13,373 bases of DNA, taken from contig JBHIAE010000070.1 of the NCBI GenBank assembly GCA_046758445.1, forward strand, positions 1-13,373. The letters run 5' to 3'. The DNA is from Candidatus Thorarchaeota archaeon (GTDB lineage Archaea; Asgardarchaeota; Thorarchaeia; Thorarchaeales; Thorarchaeaceae). Positions 5,866-13,373 of this stretch are shown here, piece after piece (within the stretch, counting starts at the first letter, position 1; each line of letters opens with the position of its first letter). Position numbers and translations under genes: made by a program. Below the pieces are notes generated by a model. It saw only the letters and a list, made by a program, of their open reading frames with translations, was not told the DNA's origin and did not search any database.

Positions 5866-6132
5866 ATGGACCACGAAACACAGCAGAGCATCGACTTAAG
5901 CAAACAACTTCTTAAGCAGATTTCAGAGAACAACTCGGTTCCCCGTAACATAAGGCGAGCCGCCAATGAAGCCATCGCAGCCCTGGAGAATGAGGCAGAT
6001 TCACCGGCTGCCAGAGCACAGAATGCAATAGCGATTCTGGATGAACCAAATCAGGATCCGAATTGTCCAAACTATGCTCGAACAAGGATATGGCGCGTGT
6101 TGAGCTACTTGGAGCCAATACGTGATGCATGA
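5866..6132 (+). CDS. UPF0147 family protein
   Basis: 'VPRNIRRAA...AIAILDE..QDPN.P.YARTRIW' family motif. SD GAGGTGA at 5853-5859. Confidence 0.92.
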   Translation: MDHETQQSIDLSKQLLKQISENNSVPRNIRRAANEAIAALENEADSPAARAQNAIAILDEPNQDPNCPNYARTRIWRVLSYLEPIRDA

Positions 6133-6210
6133 AAACATCTTCCAAAATGTGTTCAGTCTTGACCAGTTGTGGTTGGGGCTGACACCTTGTGGCGGGGCCA
6201 GTGCTTACCC

Positions 6211-7689
6211 ATGATGAAGGCAAGGATACGAGGAATCTACTCACAGTCGCTTACGCAGATTATGCTGCAGAATCACTTTGAGATGGTACAACCTAGTCCG
6301 GAGGTGGCAAGGCGGTTCGGTCTCCCTTTCAGAAGCGAGATACCTGACGTAGACATCTGGGACCGAAGTGATTTGCAGGGCATTGTTGCAATTGCCTATG
6401 AATCAATACTGAACCGTCTAACAGAGGTGTTACGCAGGCGCCTTGGTTGGGTCATAACACGTACACCCAGGGTTGCAAAAAGTTCAATATACAAGGGTCA
6501 TGTGCTTGGCAGGGATGAGAGAACCGGACACACTAGAGTCGATCTAGGAGTCATCTCGGGATTATTGCCAGACAGGGGGTTCAGGCGCGGAGATGATGTC
6601 ATGGTTCAGATCCGTGCTCATGACTACGGACGCAAGGCACCCGTTCTATCTTCAAGCATAACAGTTCCTGGTCGCGCTGCAGTTCTCTTGCCAGAACCAG
6701 TTGTACGTCTAAGTACGAAGATCAAGGAACCTGACACGAGAAACGAGCTTATGGACCTTGGTCGAAAGATCCGTCAACACACCGAGAACTGGGGAATTCT
6801 CTGGCGAACCGCGGCGAATAAGCTAACAGATGAAGAACTGCGTAACGAGGTTGATGACCTGCTGGATGTGGCCCAACGAGTGTATTCAAAGTATGATGAT
6901 CTGGACACAACAGGGCTTCTCTTCGAAGGCACTAGCAATGCGGACATCGAGTTTCCAGCTGAGGTCAAGGAAGTGCTGGATAAGACTAGGGCCAAGATTA
7001 AGCCTACAGTTGACCGCCATCACTTCTTCAAGAGCGCAGGATACGCTCCCTTGGTAGATATGGCAGAGATGGTGATTGAAGATCGTCCCGAGGAGAGAGC
7101 CTACATGACCTCGAAGCTTGAGAAGGTAGTGGGCCTCGATATGCCCAGGGTTGACGACACAATCAATATTGAGCATGTGAAGCTGGATGGGAGATCAATC
7201 CTTCTGACCAGAGGAAGGGTTGTGGAGGTCAATCCCAAGGGGCTCGTGATCCGAAGACAGTTTCGCCATACAAGTCGCAAACTCAAGATAGTGCAGGACT
7301 ATCCTGAAGATGTTGAGGTTCCAAGAGATGAGGGTGACTATGCCCTGACAGAGGTGATTCCGGGATCCATGACTCTGACCACGAGTTATTACTCGAGGAA
7401 TGGCTCGGAGAAGGGCACATATATCAACGTCAATACTGGAGTCGAGCTGTATCCCGGTAATGCCAGTGGCCCGGGCCGTATTCGCTACATTGACTTAGAG
7501 ATTGATGTGATAAAGACGCCTTCGGGTGATGGGGAAGAGATACGTATGATTGATCAACACCTGTTGAAACGGGCTGTTCAGAGAGGTTTCATCACGAAGA
7601 GAATGGCAGATCAGGCAAGGACGAGGGCCAAGTCTGTATACGATGAATTGATGCTCCAGAGCAGTAGTTCGATTCCATCTCAGGACTAA
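6211..7689 (+). CDS. fau-1: FAU-1 AU-rich RNA-binding protein / ribonuclease (RNase E/G-like N-terminal part plus DUF402)
   Basis: N-terminal 'KARIRGIYS', 'WGILWRTA', 'PTVDRHHFFK', 'IEHVKLDG', 'GTYINVNTGVE...RYIDLEIDV'. Start reassigned to ATG 6211 (or 6214). Confidence 0.9.
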   Translation: MMKARIRGIYSQSLTQIMLQNHFEMVQPSPEVARRFGLPFRSEIPDVDIWDRSDLQGIVAIAYESILNRLTEVLRRRLGWVITRTPRVAKSSIYKGHVLGRDERTGHTRVDLGVISGLLPDRGFRRGDDVMVQIRAHDYGRKAPVLSSSITVPGRAAVLLPEPVVRLSTKIKEPDTRNELMDLGRKIRQHTENWGILWRTAANKLTDEELRNEVDDLLDVAQRVYSKYDDLDTTGLLFEGTSNADIEFPAEVKEVLDKTRAKIKPTVDRHHFFKSAGYAPLVDMAEMVIEDRPEERAYMTSKLEKVVGLDMPRVDDTINIEHVKLDGRSILLTRGRVVEVNPKGLVIRRQFRHTSRKLKIVQDYPEDVEVPRDEGDYALTEVIPGSMTLTTSYYSRNGSEKGTYINVNTGVELYPGNASGPGRIRYIDLEIDVIKTPSGDGEEIRMIDQHLLKRAVQRGFITKRMADQARTRAKSVYDELMLQSSSSIPSQD

Positions 7690-7706
7690 AGTCGATGTAT
7701 CGTCCC

Positions 7707-7955
7707 CTATCTCGTTTCGTCAATGAGTTGTATTGTTCTCAGAGAGAGGTCAATCGCGTTCATCATGTCTTCGACTGTTGCTCCTAGACTTCTAAGATCC
7801 CGCATGCAGTCGATCTTAATGATCAATTCTTTTCCATGGTTGTGTGCATCAATAGAGAGACCCTCAGGGAGCGGAAGATTGTCAGGCGATATGGCTTGGA
7901 GCACTTCTGCTGCATCCTTTGACGATTCGAGAGAGAGTTCTATCTGGACTTGCAC
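7707..7955 (-). CDS. KEOPS Pcc1-family subunit (possibly the Pcc2 paralogue by synteny)
   Basis: 82 aa, 'AISPDN...ELIIKIDC..LRSLGATVEDMM' Pcc1-type pattern. Directly downstream of rps15 and the DHH/GAN gene, as in the conserved archaeal cluster. GTG start. Confidence 0.82.
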   Translation of the reverse strand: MQVQIELSLESSKDAAEVLQAISPDNLPLPEGLSIDAHNHGKELIIKIDCMRDLRSLGATVEDMMNAIDLSLRTIQLIDETR

Positions 7956-7969
7956 TAGCTATCACTCCA

Positions 7970-9295
7970 TCAGAAACTCTGTAGGATTCTCTGAATGCCC
8001 TGCTGCACTTCTTCAGTTGTGTTCTCAATCATGATGGATGCCGGAGAGGCTGCAGTCGAAGAAACATCCTGTTTCTCAACGGCACTGAGTAGACTCTGCA
8101 GTCTGATCTTGCCTGGTTTCCATGCCACAGCCATAGCCTCATCCTTGCTAATCACTATGACCTTGTCAACTGAAACAAGATTGGTTTCCAGAGAGAGCCG
8201 TCCTACATCTGCAAGGGTACTCATCTTCGTGCCAGTGGTTCGCACCACAGCCGTCGAGTCTGTGATCTCGGTTTCCATCTCTCCCAAAGACCTGCGCATT
8301 GCTTCAAAGGCTATGATGACGTCTTTACTGTGGGCCAAATGAGAATCCAGAAACCTTCGCAGCATCTGGGCACGATCACCCATCAGAATGGCCAAAGAAG
8401 TGCCGGATTCTTGAAGGCTCCATGCTACTTCGGCCATTGACTTAATTCCAGAAACTAGTCGCGCGGGACTGTCTTCTCGCTCTTGAGCTAATGAGAAATC
8501 TTGCCCCAAGACGAGCGGGATTGTGGCGGAGTCGAGTTTCGGAAGGAGAAGAGTCGTCAGACTTTGTGCCTCCTCATTTGTGAGAGAGCTCATTGGCATC
8601 CGAAACTTCGAGAATGGAATGTTAGCTTCCTCACAGATCTTCTCACAGGCCTCTTGTTGTCCAGTTAGGCCTTCCAGATATGGTCTTGTGCTGTATGCAA
8701 GCACCTCATTGAGAGGTAGGAAGTTGGCTCCGAATACTCTGAAACCCTTCTGTTCTTGGATAAGACCATCTTTCTGTGCTGATGAAACCACCTCTTTTGC
8801 TGCACCCTTGAGTTCTATCTCTGGAAAGCTTCTCACCAGTGCTCCTGCTGCAGCGAGCTGTAGCTCTCTTGGAGTGGCAGTCATGCTCTCTCTTGCAATT
8901 ACATAGGCCGCTTCGGAAATGGAACTCTCATCACCGATTCTAAGTTGTTGAACTTGGTCAGAATCGTGGATGCCACCAATGAATATAGGATAGCTTGTTC
9001 CCTTCTTCACTCGCTTCTTGCCCACCACATCGATACCAACAAAGATCAAAGTAGATTTGGAGTGAGCCTGACGAAGAGCATTGACTCTCTCAACTTGTAC
9101 AACAGGTTCTAGGAATGTCGAATGAAAGAGTCCGCCAGACTTCAGAATCGATCGACAAATCAATGCAGATGATACTGTGGCTTCGGGGAGTGGAGAAGTG
9201 ATGATGAGAAAGGGCTTCTTCTTGTCAATGGATCTGTCATCGTGTATCTTCTTGATAGCCTTGAGACTGAGAGTCTTTCTCTTCTTGCCACTCAT
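7970..9295 (-). CDS. GAN / Cdc45-RecJ family DHH protein, catalytically degenerate
   Basis: Syntenic position between rps15 and pcc1. Retains the GAN-type segment 'GFRVFGANFLPLNEVLAYSTRPYLEGLTG' and 'SLAILMGDR'. No DxD, DHH or GGGH motifs are recognisable. Confidence 0.78.
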   Translation of the reverse strand: MSGKKRKTLSLKAIKKIHDDRSIDKKKPFLIITSPLPEATVSSALICRSILKSGGLFHSTFLEPVVQVERVNALRQAHSKSTLIFVGIDVVGKKRVKKGTSYPIFIGGIHDSDQVQQLRIGDESSISEAAYVIARESMTATPRELQLAAAGALVRSFPEIELKGAAKEVVSSAQKDGLIQEQKGFRVFGANFLPLNEVLAYSTRPYLEGLTGQQEACEKICEEANIPFSKFRMPMSSLTNEEAQSLTTLLLPKLDSATIPLVLGQDFSLAQEREDSPARLVSGIKSMAEVAWSLQESGTSLAILMGDRAQMLRRFLDSHLAHSKDVIIAFEAMRRSLGEMETEITDSTAVVRTTGTKMSTLADVGRLSLETNLVSVDKVIVISKDEAMAVAWKPGKIRLQSLLSAVEKQDVSSTAASPASIMIENTTEEVQQGIQRILQSF

Positions 9296-9329
9296 CTCAG
9301 GAGTCTAAGTCGTCCTTCTGATGATAAAG

Positions 9330-9791
9330 CTACCTCAGCAGAACTGCAGCTTGGTCGGGAATGTATTTCCAGTCTGGTGGTAGAAGTCGGGTCTTTCTGT
9401 AATACTTGGACAGTCTGTGAATCTTGCTTTCGACAAGTTGAAGCCCGCGTTTTGAAACGAAGTCTTTCTTGTTCTCTTCAAGGTGTCTTCTCATCTTGAC
9501 GGCCTTGGCAATCATGTTGCGCAGGTCTTCAGGGACCTGCCGTTCAAGGCCGTTCTCAACAATGATGTCCATAATCCTTTTTCCAGTGACAACCTTCACC
9601 AAAGGCACGCCATATTGGTCTCGGAGAATCATCCCTATCATTGACGGTGTATTGCCTGCCTTAGCAAGCTCAACTACCTTGTTTTCAACCCACTCTGCGT
9701 TCTTCTCTTTGTCCATCCATTCTGGGACACGAAGAGTAGAGGGACGCCTGCTTCCAGACTGGCCCTTGCGCCTCGTGTGCATTCTTGCCAT
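9330..9791 (-). CDS. rps15: 30S ribosomal protein S15 (uS15, S13e-like)
   Basis: 'MARMHTRRKGQSGS...PSMIGMILRDQYGVP...PEDL...RGLQLVESKIHRLSKYY'. True start ATG 9791 with SD GAGGT. Confidence 0.97.
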   Translation of the reverse strand: MARMHTRRKGQSGSRRPSTLRVPEWMDKEKNAEWVENKVVELAKAGNTPSMIGMILRDQYGVPLVKVVTGKRIMDIIVENGLERQVPEDLRNMIAKAVKMRRHLEENKKDFVSKRGLQLVESKIHRLSKYYRKTRLLPPDWKYIPDQAAVLLR

Positions 9792-9855
9792 TGGAAATAC
9801 CTCTAAGGTCTGATCACCCCAAAAGACCGGGTCTGCCCCCTCGCCCATGGCTGTG

Positions 9856-9863
9856 GATATAAA
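9856..9863 (-). promoter_or_regulatory. TATA box upstream of rps15
   Basis: TTTATATC on the minus strand in the bud32-rps15 spacer, implying a 5' UTR of about 40 nt. Confidence 0.5.
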
Positions 9864-9904
9864 GATTGTCTTCTGTCCCGTTCCTTTGCCAGCAAGAAGC
9901 TAAG

Positions 9905-10531
9905 TCAGTGATAGCGACCACGCTCTCTGATTTCTTCAGCGCGTGACAAGACGTCCTCTGCCTCGTTCTCTAGCAATCCTTTGTAGCCTTTGAGCGCTGA
10001 TTCAATCATCGTTTCTTCCAGATCCCAGTGTGTCGTTTCAAAGGCACGCCGCATCAGGTGGATGTCCACCCCCTTCATCTCCACTGTAGCGTTCATCTCG
10101 GACAGACCGAAATCAATCAGCCACATTCTTGATTGCTCATCAACTATCACGTTGCTTGTGGTTGGATCTCCATGGACTACTCCTCCACGATGGAGGAGAC
10201 CTATGAGTCGCCCAAACTCTGAGCAGAGTTCACGCAGTCGTCGTTCAGGGACCTCCTCCACCAACAGTTTGAGCTGCTTCCCTTGAATGAGGTCCATGAC
10301 GATTGTATGAGTCGTTACATCAATCCAATGCACATTTGGTGTGGGAACGCCCAGACTCCGTGCCACTGTCAACATCTTGCATTCCCTATTGGTTCTGGAC
10401 GACCTCAAGAAGTCATCAATTGTCTTGAGTAGGTATGGTTTTGCTGGACGGTGTTTGAGCAGGTATGTGTGTCCCCACTGCTCAAACCTGAAGATTATGG
10501 ATTCTGCCCCGAGGGTCCACTGTTCAGTCAA
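9905..10531 (-). CDS. bud32: KEOPS kinase/ATPase Bud32
   Basis: 'GAES', 'HGDPTTSN', 'IDFGL', C-terminal 'RGRYH'. TTG start with GGAGG SD; overlaps the kae1 stop by 8 nt. Confidence 0.95.
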   Translation of the reverse strand: MTEQWTLGAESIIFRFEQWGHTYLLKHRPAKPYLLKTIDDFLRSSRTNRECKMLTVARSLGVPTPNVHWIDVTTHTIVMDLIQGKQLKLLVEEVPERRLRELCSEFGRLIGLLHRGGVVHGDPTTSNVIVDEQSRMWLIDFGLSEMNATVEMKGVDIHLMRRAFETTHWDLEETMIESALKGYKGLLENEAEDVLSRAEEIRERGRYH

Positions 10532-11522
10532 TGGTATCCCTCCAGATTATATCCTGTTCATCAGTGCGCCACTTTGGCAGAATGTATGAGTCAGCAACCT
10601 TCAGACTGTCCCCGGCCTTGTGCTGCAGGATGCCGGTCCAGGCAATCATAGCGCCTTGATCGCCTGCGAGCGGCGGTGAAACCCTGTGAAATCTAGTATT
10701 GTGTCTCTCGCCGACTCCCTCAAGAATATGCGTGAGTCGGTTGTTACGAGCAACACCCCCTGTAAGAAGCAGTTCCTTCTTCATAGTGTGGGCAATTGCT
10801 CTTTCTGCAATCTCGGCTAGCATTCCAAAGGCGGTTTCCTGTACGCTGAAGCATACCTCTGAAAGGGGAATCCCTTCGTCGTAGAGTTTTTTCGCCGCGG
10901 TCAGCATTCCTGAGTAGCTCAAGTCCATCCCTTTGACAGAATAGGGAAGTTGGTGGTAGCTGGACCCCTTCTCAGCCTCGCGTTCCACTGCGGGACCGGC
11001 AGGAAAACGCATCCCCATGAAACGCCCCAGTGTGTCAAGCATGTTCCCAATTGCGATATCTAGTGTTTCACCAAAGGTACGAAAACGTCTTCCAGCATAA
11101 GCGATTATCTGAGTATTGCCTCCTGAAACATACACTGTGACGGGATCCCGAAAGCCAGACTCAAGACAACCAATCTCTATGTGGGCAACACAGTGGTTTA
11201 CTCCAACCAAGGGGACAGATAGTTTGAGAGATAGTGTGCGGGCCATTGTCGCAGTAGTCCTAAGTGGTGGTCCAAGACCGGGACCTTGTGAGAATGCGAT
11301 TAGGTCGATATCATCAGGGCTGATGCCTGCTCTCTCCACAGCAGTCCGAATCACACTAGGTCCGACATCGGAGTGGTGTCGACTGGCTTCGCGTGGGTGG
11401 ATTCCACCCTCAGCCGGTGAGAGCATGTCCCATACATTGGATAGTATGGACCCCTCGCTGGATGCAATTCCAGCTCCAAAGGAGTGTGCAGTCCCTTCAA
11501 GTCCAAGGCAGATTAGAGACAT
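10524..11522 (-). CDS. kae1: tRNA N6-threonylcarbamoyladenosine transferase Kae1
   Basis: 'LGLEGTAH', 'GGIHPREA', 'GPGLGPPL', metal-binding 'VNHCVAH', 'VSGGNT', 'GGVARN', 'GAMIAW'. Start reassigned to ATG 11522. Confidence 0.96.
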   Translation of the reverse strand: MSLICLGLEGTAHSFGAGIASSEGSILSNVWDMLSPAEGGIHPREASRHHSDVGPSVIRTAVERAGISPDDIDLIAFSQGPGLGPPLRTTATMARTLSLKLSVPLVGVNHCVAHIEIGCLESGFRDPVTVYVSGGNTQIIAYAGRRFRTFGETLDIAIGNMLDTLGRFMGMRFPAGPAVEREAEKGSSYHQLPYSVKGMDLSYSGMLTAAKKLYDEGIPLSEVCFSVQETAFGMLAEIAERAIAHTMKKELLLTGGVARNNRLTHILEGVGERHNTRFHRVSPPLAGDQGAMIAWTGILQHKAGDSLKVADSYILPKWRTDEQDIIWRDTID

Positions 11523-11625
11523 TATGACTCGTTTCCTTGTTATTACAGAATCGCTCCACACTTAACATTGACGAGTGGCCAGTTCCACTAACCTACGGCT
11601 TCAGAGGCCATTTTCCAGCAAAGCC

Positions 11626-11633
11626 TTTATAAT
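11626..11633 (+). promoter_or_regulatory. TATA box for the Sm-like gene (likely leaderless or short leader)
   Basis: TTTATAAT about 28 nt upstream of ATG 11661 in the divergent kae1/Sm spacer. Confidence 0.55.
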
Positions 11634-11660
11634 GTGCACAATTGGCTCTGATTTGAGGCA

Positions 11661-11894
11661 ATGCCCTTGTCACAGAATATGCCCATCAAAGCCCTAGAAG
11701 CAGTTCTCAACAATGTTATCTCAATCAAACTCAAGGACCAGAGGACCTTCCGTGGTCGCTTGACAAGATGTGACATATACATGAACTTGACACTGACTGA
11801 TGCAGAGGAGCTGGAGAACCAAGAGACCAAGGCTAAGTACGGCCAGATTCTACTACGTGGGAATAACATTCTATGGATCCAGCTTCCTGAATGA
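11661..11894 (+). CDS. Sm-like archaeal protein (SmAP/Lsm)
   Basis: Sm1 motif 'GRLTRCDIYMNLTLTDAEE' and Sm2 motif 'GQILLRGNNI'. Confidence 0.93.
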   Translation: MPLSQNMPIKALEAVLNNVISIKLKDQRTFRGRLTRCDIYMNLTLTDAEELENQETKAKYGQILLRGNNILWIQLPE

Positions 11895-11930
11895 GGCGCC
11901 TGGCAAAGTCTTTGGGCTATCTTACAACCC

Positions 11931-13373
11931 TCAACGTTCTATCTCTCGCCTGTAACGCTCTACAAGTTCAACAAGCTCGTCTTCACCCTTCTGTCGAGCC
12001 CGTTCACGTACTTCGGTCAAGAACTTCTGAAGCTGTTGCTCGAACTTCTTCCGGCTGATGAAAGCAAACTCGTCAATCCTCTGCAACTCTACCTTCTCAG
12101 CATTGATTACAGGAATAGTGGCCTTAGTGAGCTCCTCTTCAGAGAGATGTGACAGGGGCGTGTCTACGATCACTGCACGAATTCCCTTATCGACCAGCAG
12201 TCCAGCTGTCTGTGGACCCCCTCCACTTGCGTCTTCGAAGAGTACTATGTCACCGGTCTTGAGGCCTACCTTCTGAGTGCATTCATCGATGCTCTCTCTG
12301 GTGAAGTGTGGAATTGTCTTGACTGCGAGCATATCGCCTCGGATCTCAAGCCGTTTGACTCCTCTCAGAAGTTCTAGGCGACTATTCAGAGTCCGTAGTT
12401 CCTTGCGAAGTTTCTGGCTTTCACCGCGTATGTGGGTCAGTTCTTTCTCTTTCTTGACCACCTCACGATCTCGCTTGACCTTCCAGTAGTTCCTACGCTT
12501 TACAATCTCAAGACTATCAACCATTTCGCTTTCTCGAAACCGAAGGAATCCAACAAGGTGTGTCAGATCTTCAATCTTCTCACTGAGAACTGCATTCTCA
12601 GCTTCAATATCCTTGAACCTAGCAAGGAGGGAGTCATAGCGTTCCTGTGTCAGGGGCTCCTCAGCCGGAACAGGCTCAGGTGTGATCTCAACCTCCTTCT
12701 TCTTCTCATGAACTAGGGTATTTATAGCCTCATTCAATGACATGCCTTTAATTACCATTGCCTTGAGCTGATTTCTGTCTATTGCAATCTGTTCGTCACG
12801 TATCTTCTTGTCTATCTTCCTCAGCTTGGATTCTATGCTTCTGAAGGCGTATACTGCCGCTGTTAAGGCATCCCGTTCATGGGCGTTTCGGATACGAGTT
12901 CCTTCTGAGAACTCTCTAGCCAGCTCCTGTTTGTCAGCAACAGAGATCTCTCTTTTTGGCACAAATAACTCAGCATTCACTGTACTGGCTATCTTCTTGA
13001 CAAAGTGAGGTACTGGACTTACATCTGTAGCGACCAATACTGGAATTCCATGATTGTATACCTGTCTTATCATGTCGGTCCGAGTGAGTGACTTGCCACT
13101 GTTGAGAAGGTGAATTCGTCCTTCCAGAGTCAACAGACAGATTGCCGCTGTAGACCCGGGATCGATTCCTAGAATGAAGTATCTTGGACGAAGCGACCTG
13201 GGCAGTGGTTTGGGCTCCAGTGGAAGGAATTCCACTGTCTTTCGTACTGGTGATATTAGGACTTTGAAGTCCCCACCACGCTTTGGCTTTATGATACCAC
13301 GGATTGCAGGTAAGGGGGCATACGCTATGATGCGAGCGCTAGCATATCCAAAATCGGAGTTACGTACATCGAT
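11931..13373 (-). CDS. DUF460 family protein (RNase H-like domain plus coiled coil); 5' end beyond the window
   Basis: 'ILGIDPGSTAAICLL', 'VLVATDV', 'NAHERDALTAA', followed by a long coiled coil. The frame stays open from 13235 to the window end (IDVRNSDFG...KTVEF). Confidence 0.85.
   Translation of the reverse strand: MDVRNSDFGYASARIIAYAPLPAIRGIIKPKRGGDFKVLISPVRKTVEFLPLEPKPLPRSLRPRYFILGIDPGSTAAICLLTLEGRIHLLNSGKSLTRTDMIRQVYNHGIPVLVATDVSPVPHFVKKIASTVNAELFVPKREISVADKQELAREFSEGTRIRNAHERDALTAAVYAFRSIESKLRKIDKKIRDEQIAIDRNQLKAMVIKGMSLNEAINTLVHEKKKEVEITPEPVPAEEPLTQERYDSLLARFKDIEAENAVLSEKIEDLTHLVGFLRFRESEMVDSLEIVKRRNYWKVKRDREVVKKEKELTHIRGESQKLRKELRTLNSRLELLRGVKRLEIRGDMLAVKTIPHFTRESIDECTQKVGLKTGDIVLFEDASGGGPQTAGLLVDKGIRAVIVDTPLSHLSEEELTKATIPVINAEKVELQRIDEFAFISRKKFEQQLQKFLTEVRERARQKGEDELVELVERYRREIER

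Noticed and set aside
5707-5874. N-terminal extensions in the ORF track (UPF0148 here; likewise FAU-1, rps15 and kae1)
   Set aside because: Family N-termini, SD/TATA positions and overlaps favour the downstream starts.
9250-9295. NLS-like basic N-terminus (KKRK) of the GAN homologue
   Set aside because: Short basic patches are common in nucleic-acid-binding archaeal proteins; there is no evidence of a special function.
9792-9835. Autoregulatory RNA leader of rps15 (GGTCT/AGACC stem)
   Set aside because: Only a 5-bp stem; not supportable without comparative data.
7995-11565. Long plus-strand ORFs (e.g. 7995-8342, 8523-8906, 9469-9813, 11116-11565)
   Set aside because: They are antisense shadows of well-supported minus-strand genes, Ser-rich and without motifs.

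Overview
Archaeal chromosomal window, plausibly Asgard/Thorarchaeia-like (inferred from gene content only). The right ~8.7 kb is a housekeeping block: eS1 (rps3ae), UPF0148, UPF0147, FAU-1, a Pcc1-family KEOPS subunit, a catalytically degenerate GAN/Cdc45-RecJ homologue, uS15, Bud32, Kae1, an Sm-like protein and a DUF460 protein. The left ~4.6 kb is accessory. It holds an ApeA-like HEPN RNase, a ~0.74-kb islet bounded by a copy of the tRNA-Leu(TAG) 3' end, the tRNA itself, an unannotated 44-49 aa TFIIS-like zinc ribbon lacking the acidic tip, and a transposase-less TnpB/Cas12f-like gene. The TnpB locus is the most unusual part. It has a Fanzor-type rearranged RuvC-II and a PIP-box-like motif in a long C-terminal tail. 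Upstream, a duplicated 14-bp TATA-containing motif brackets a two-hairpin element that is complementary to the 3' end of the predicted downstream omega-RNA, suggesting a split (tracr-like) guide or a TIR-bounded element.
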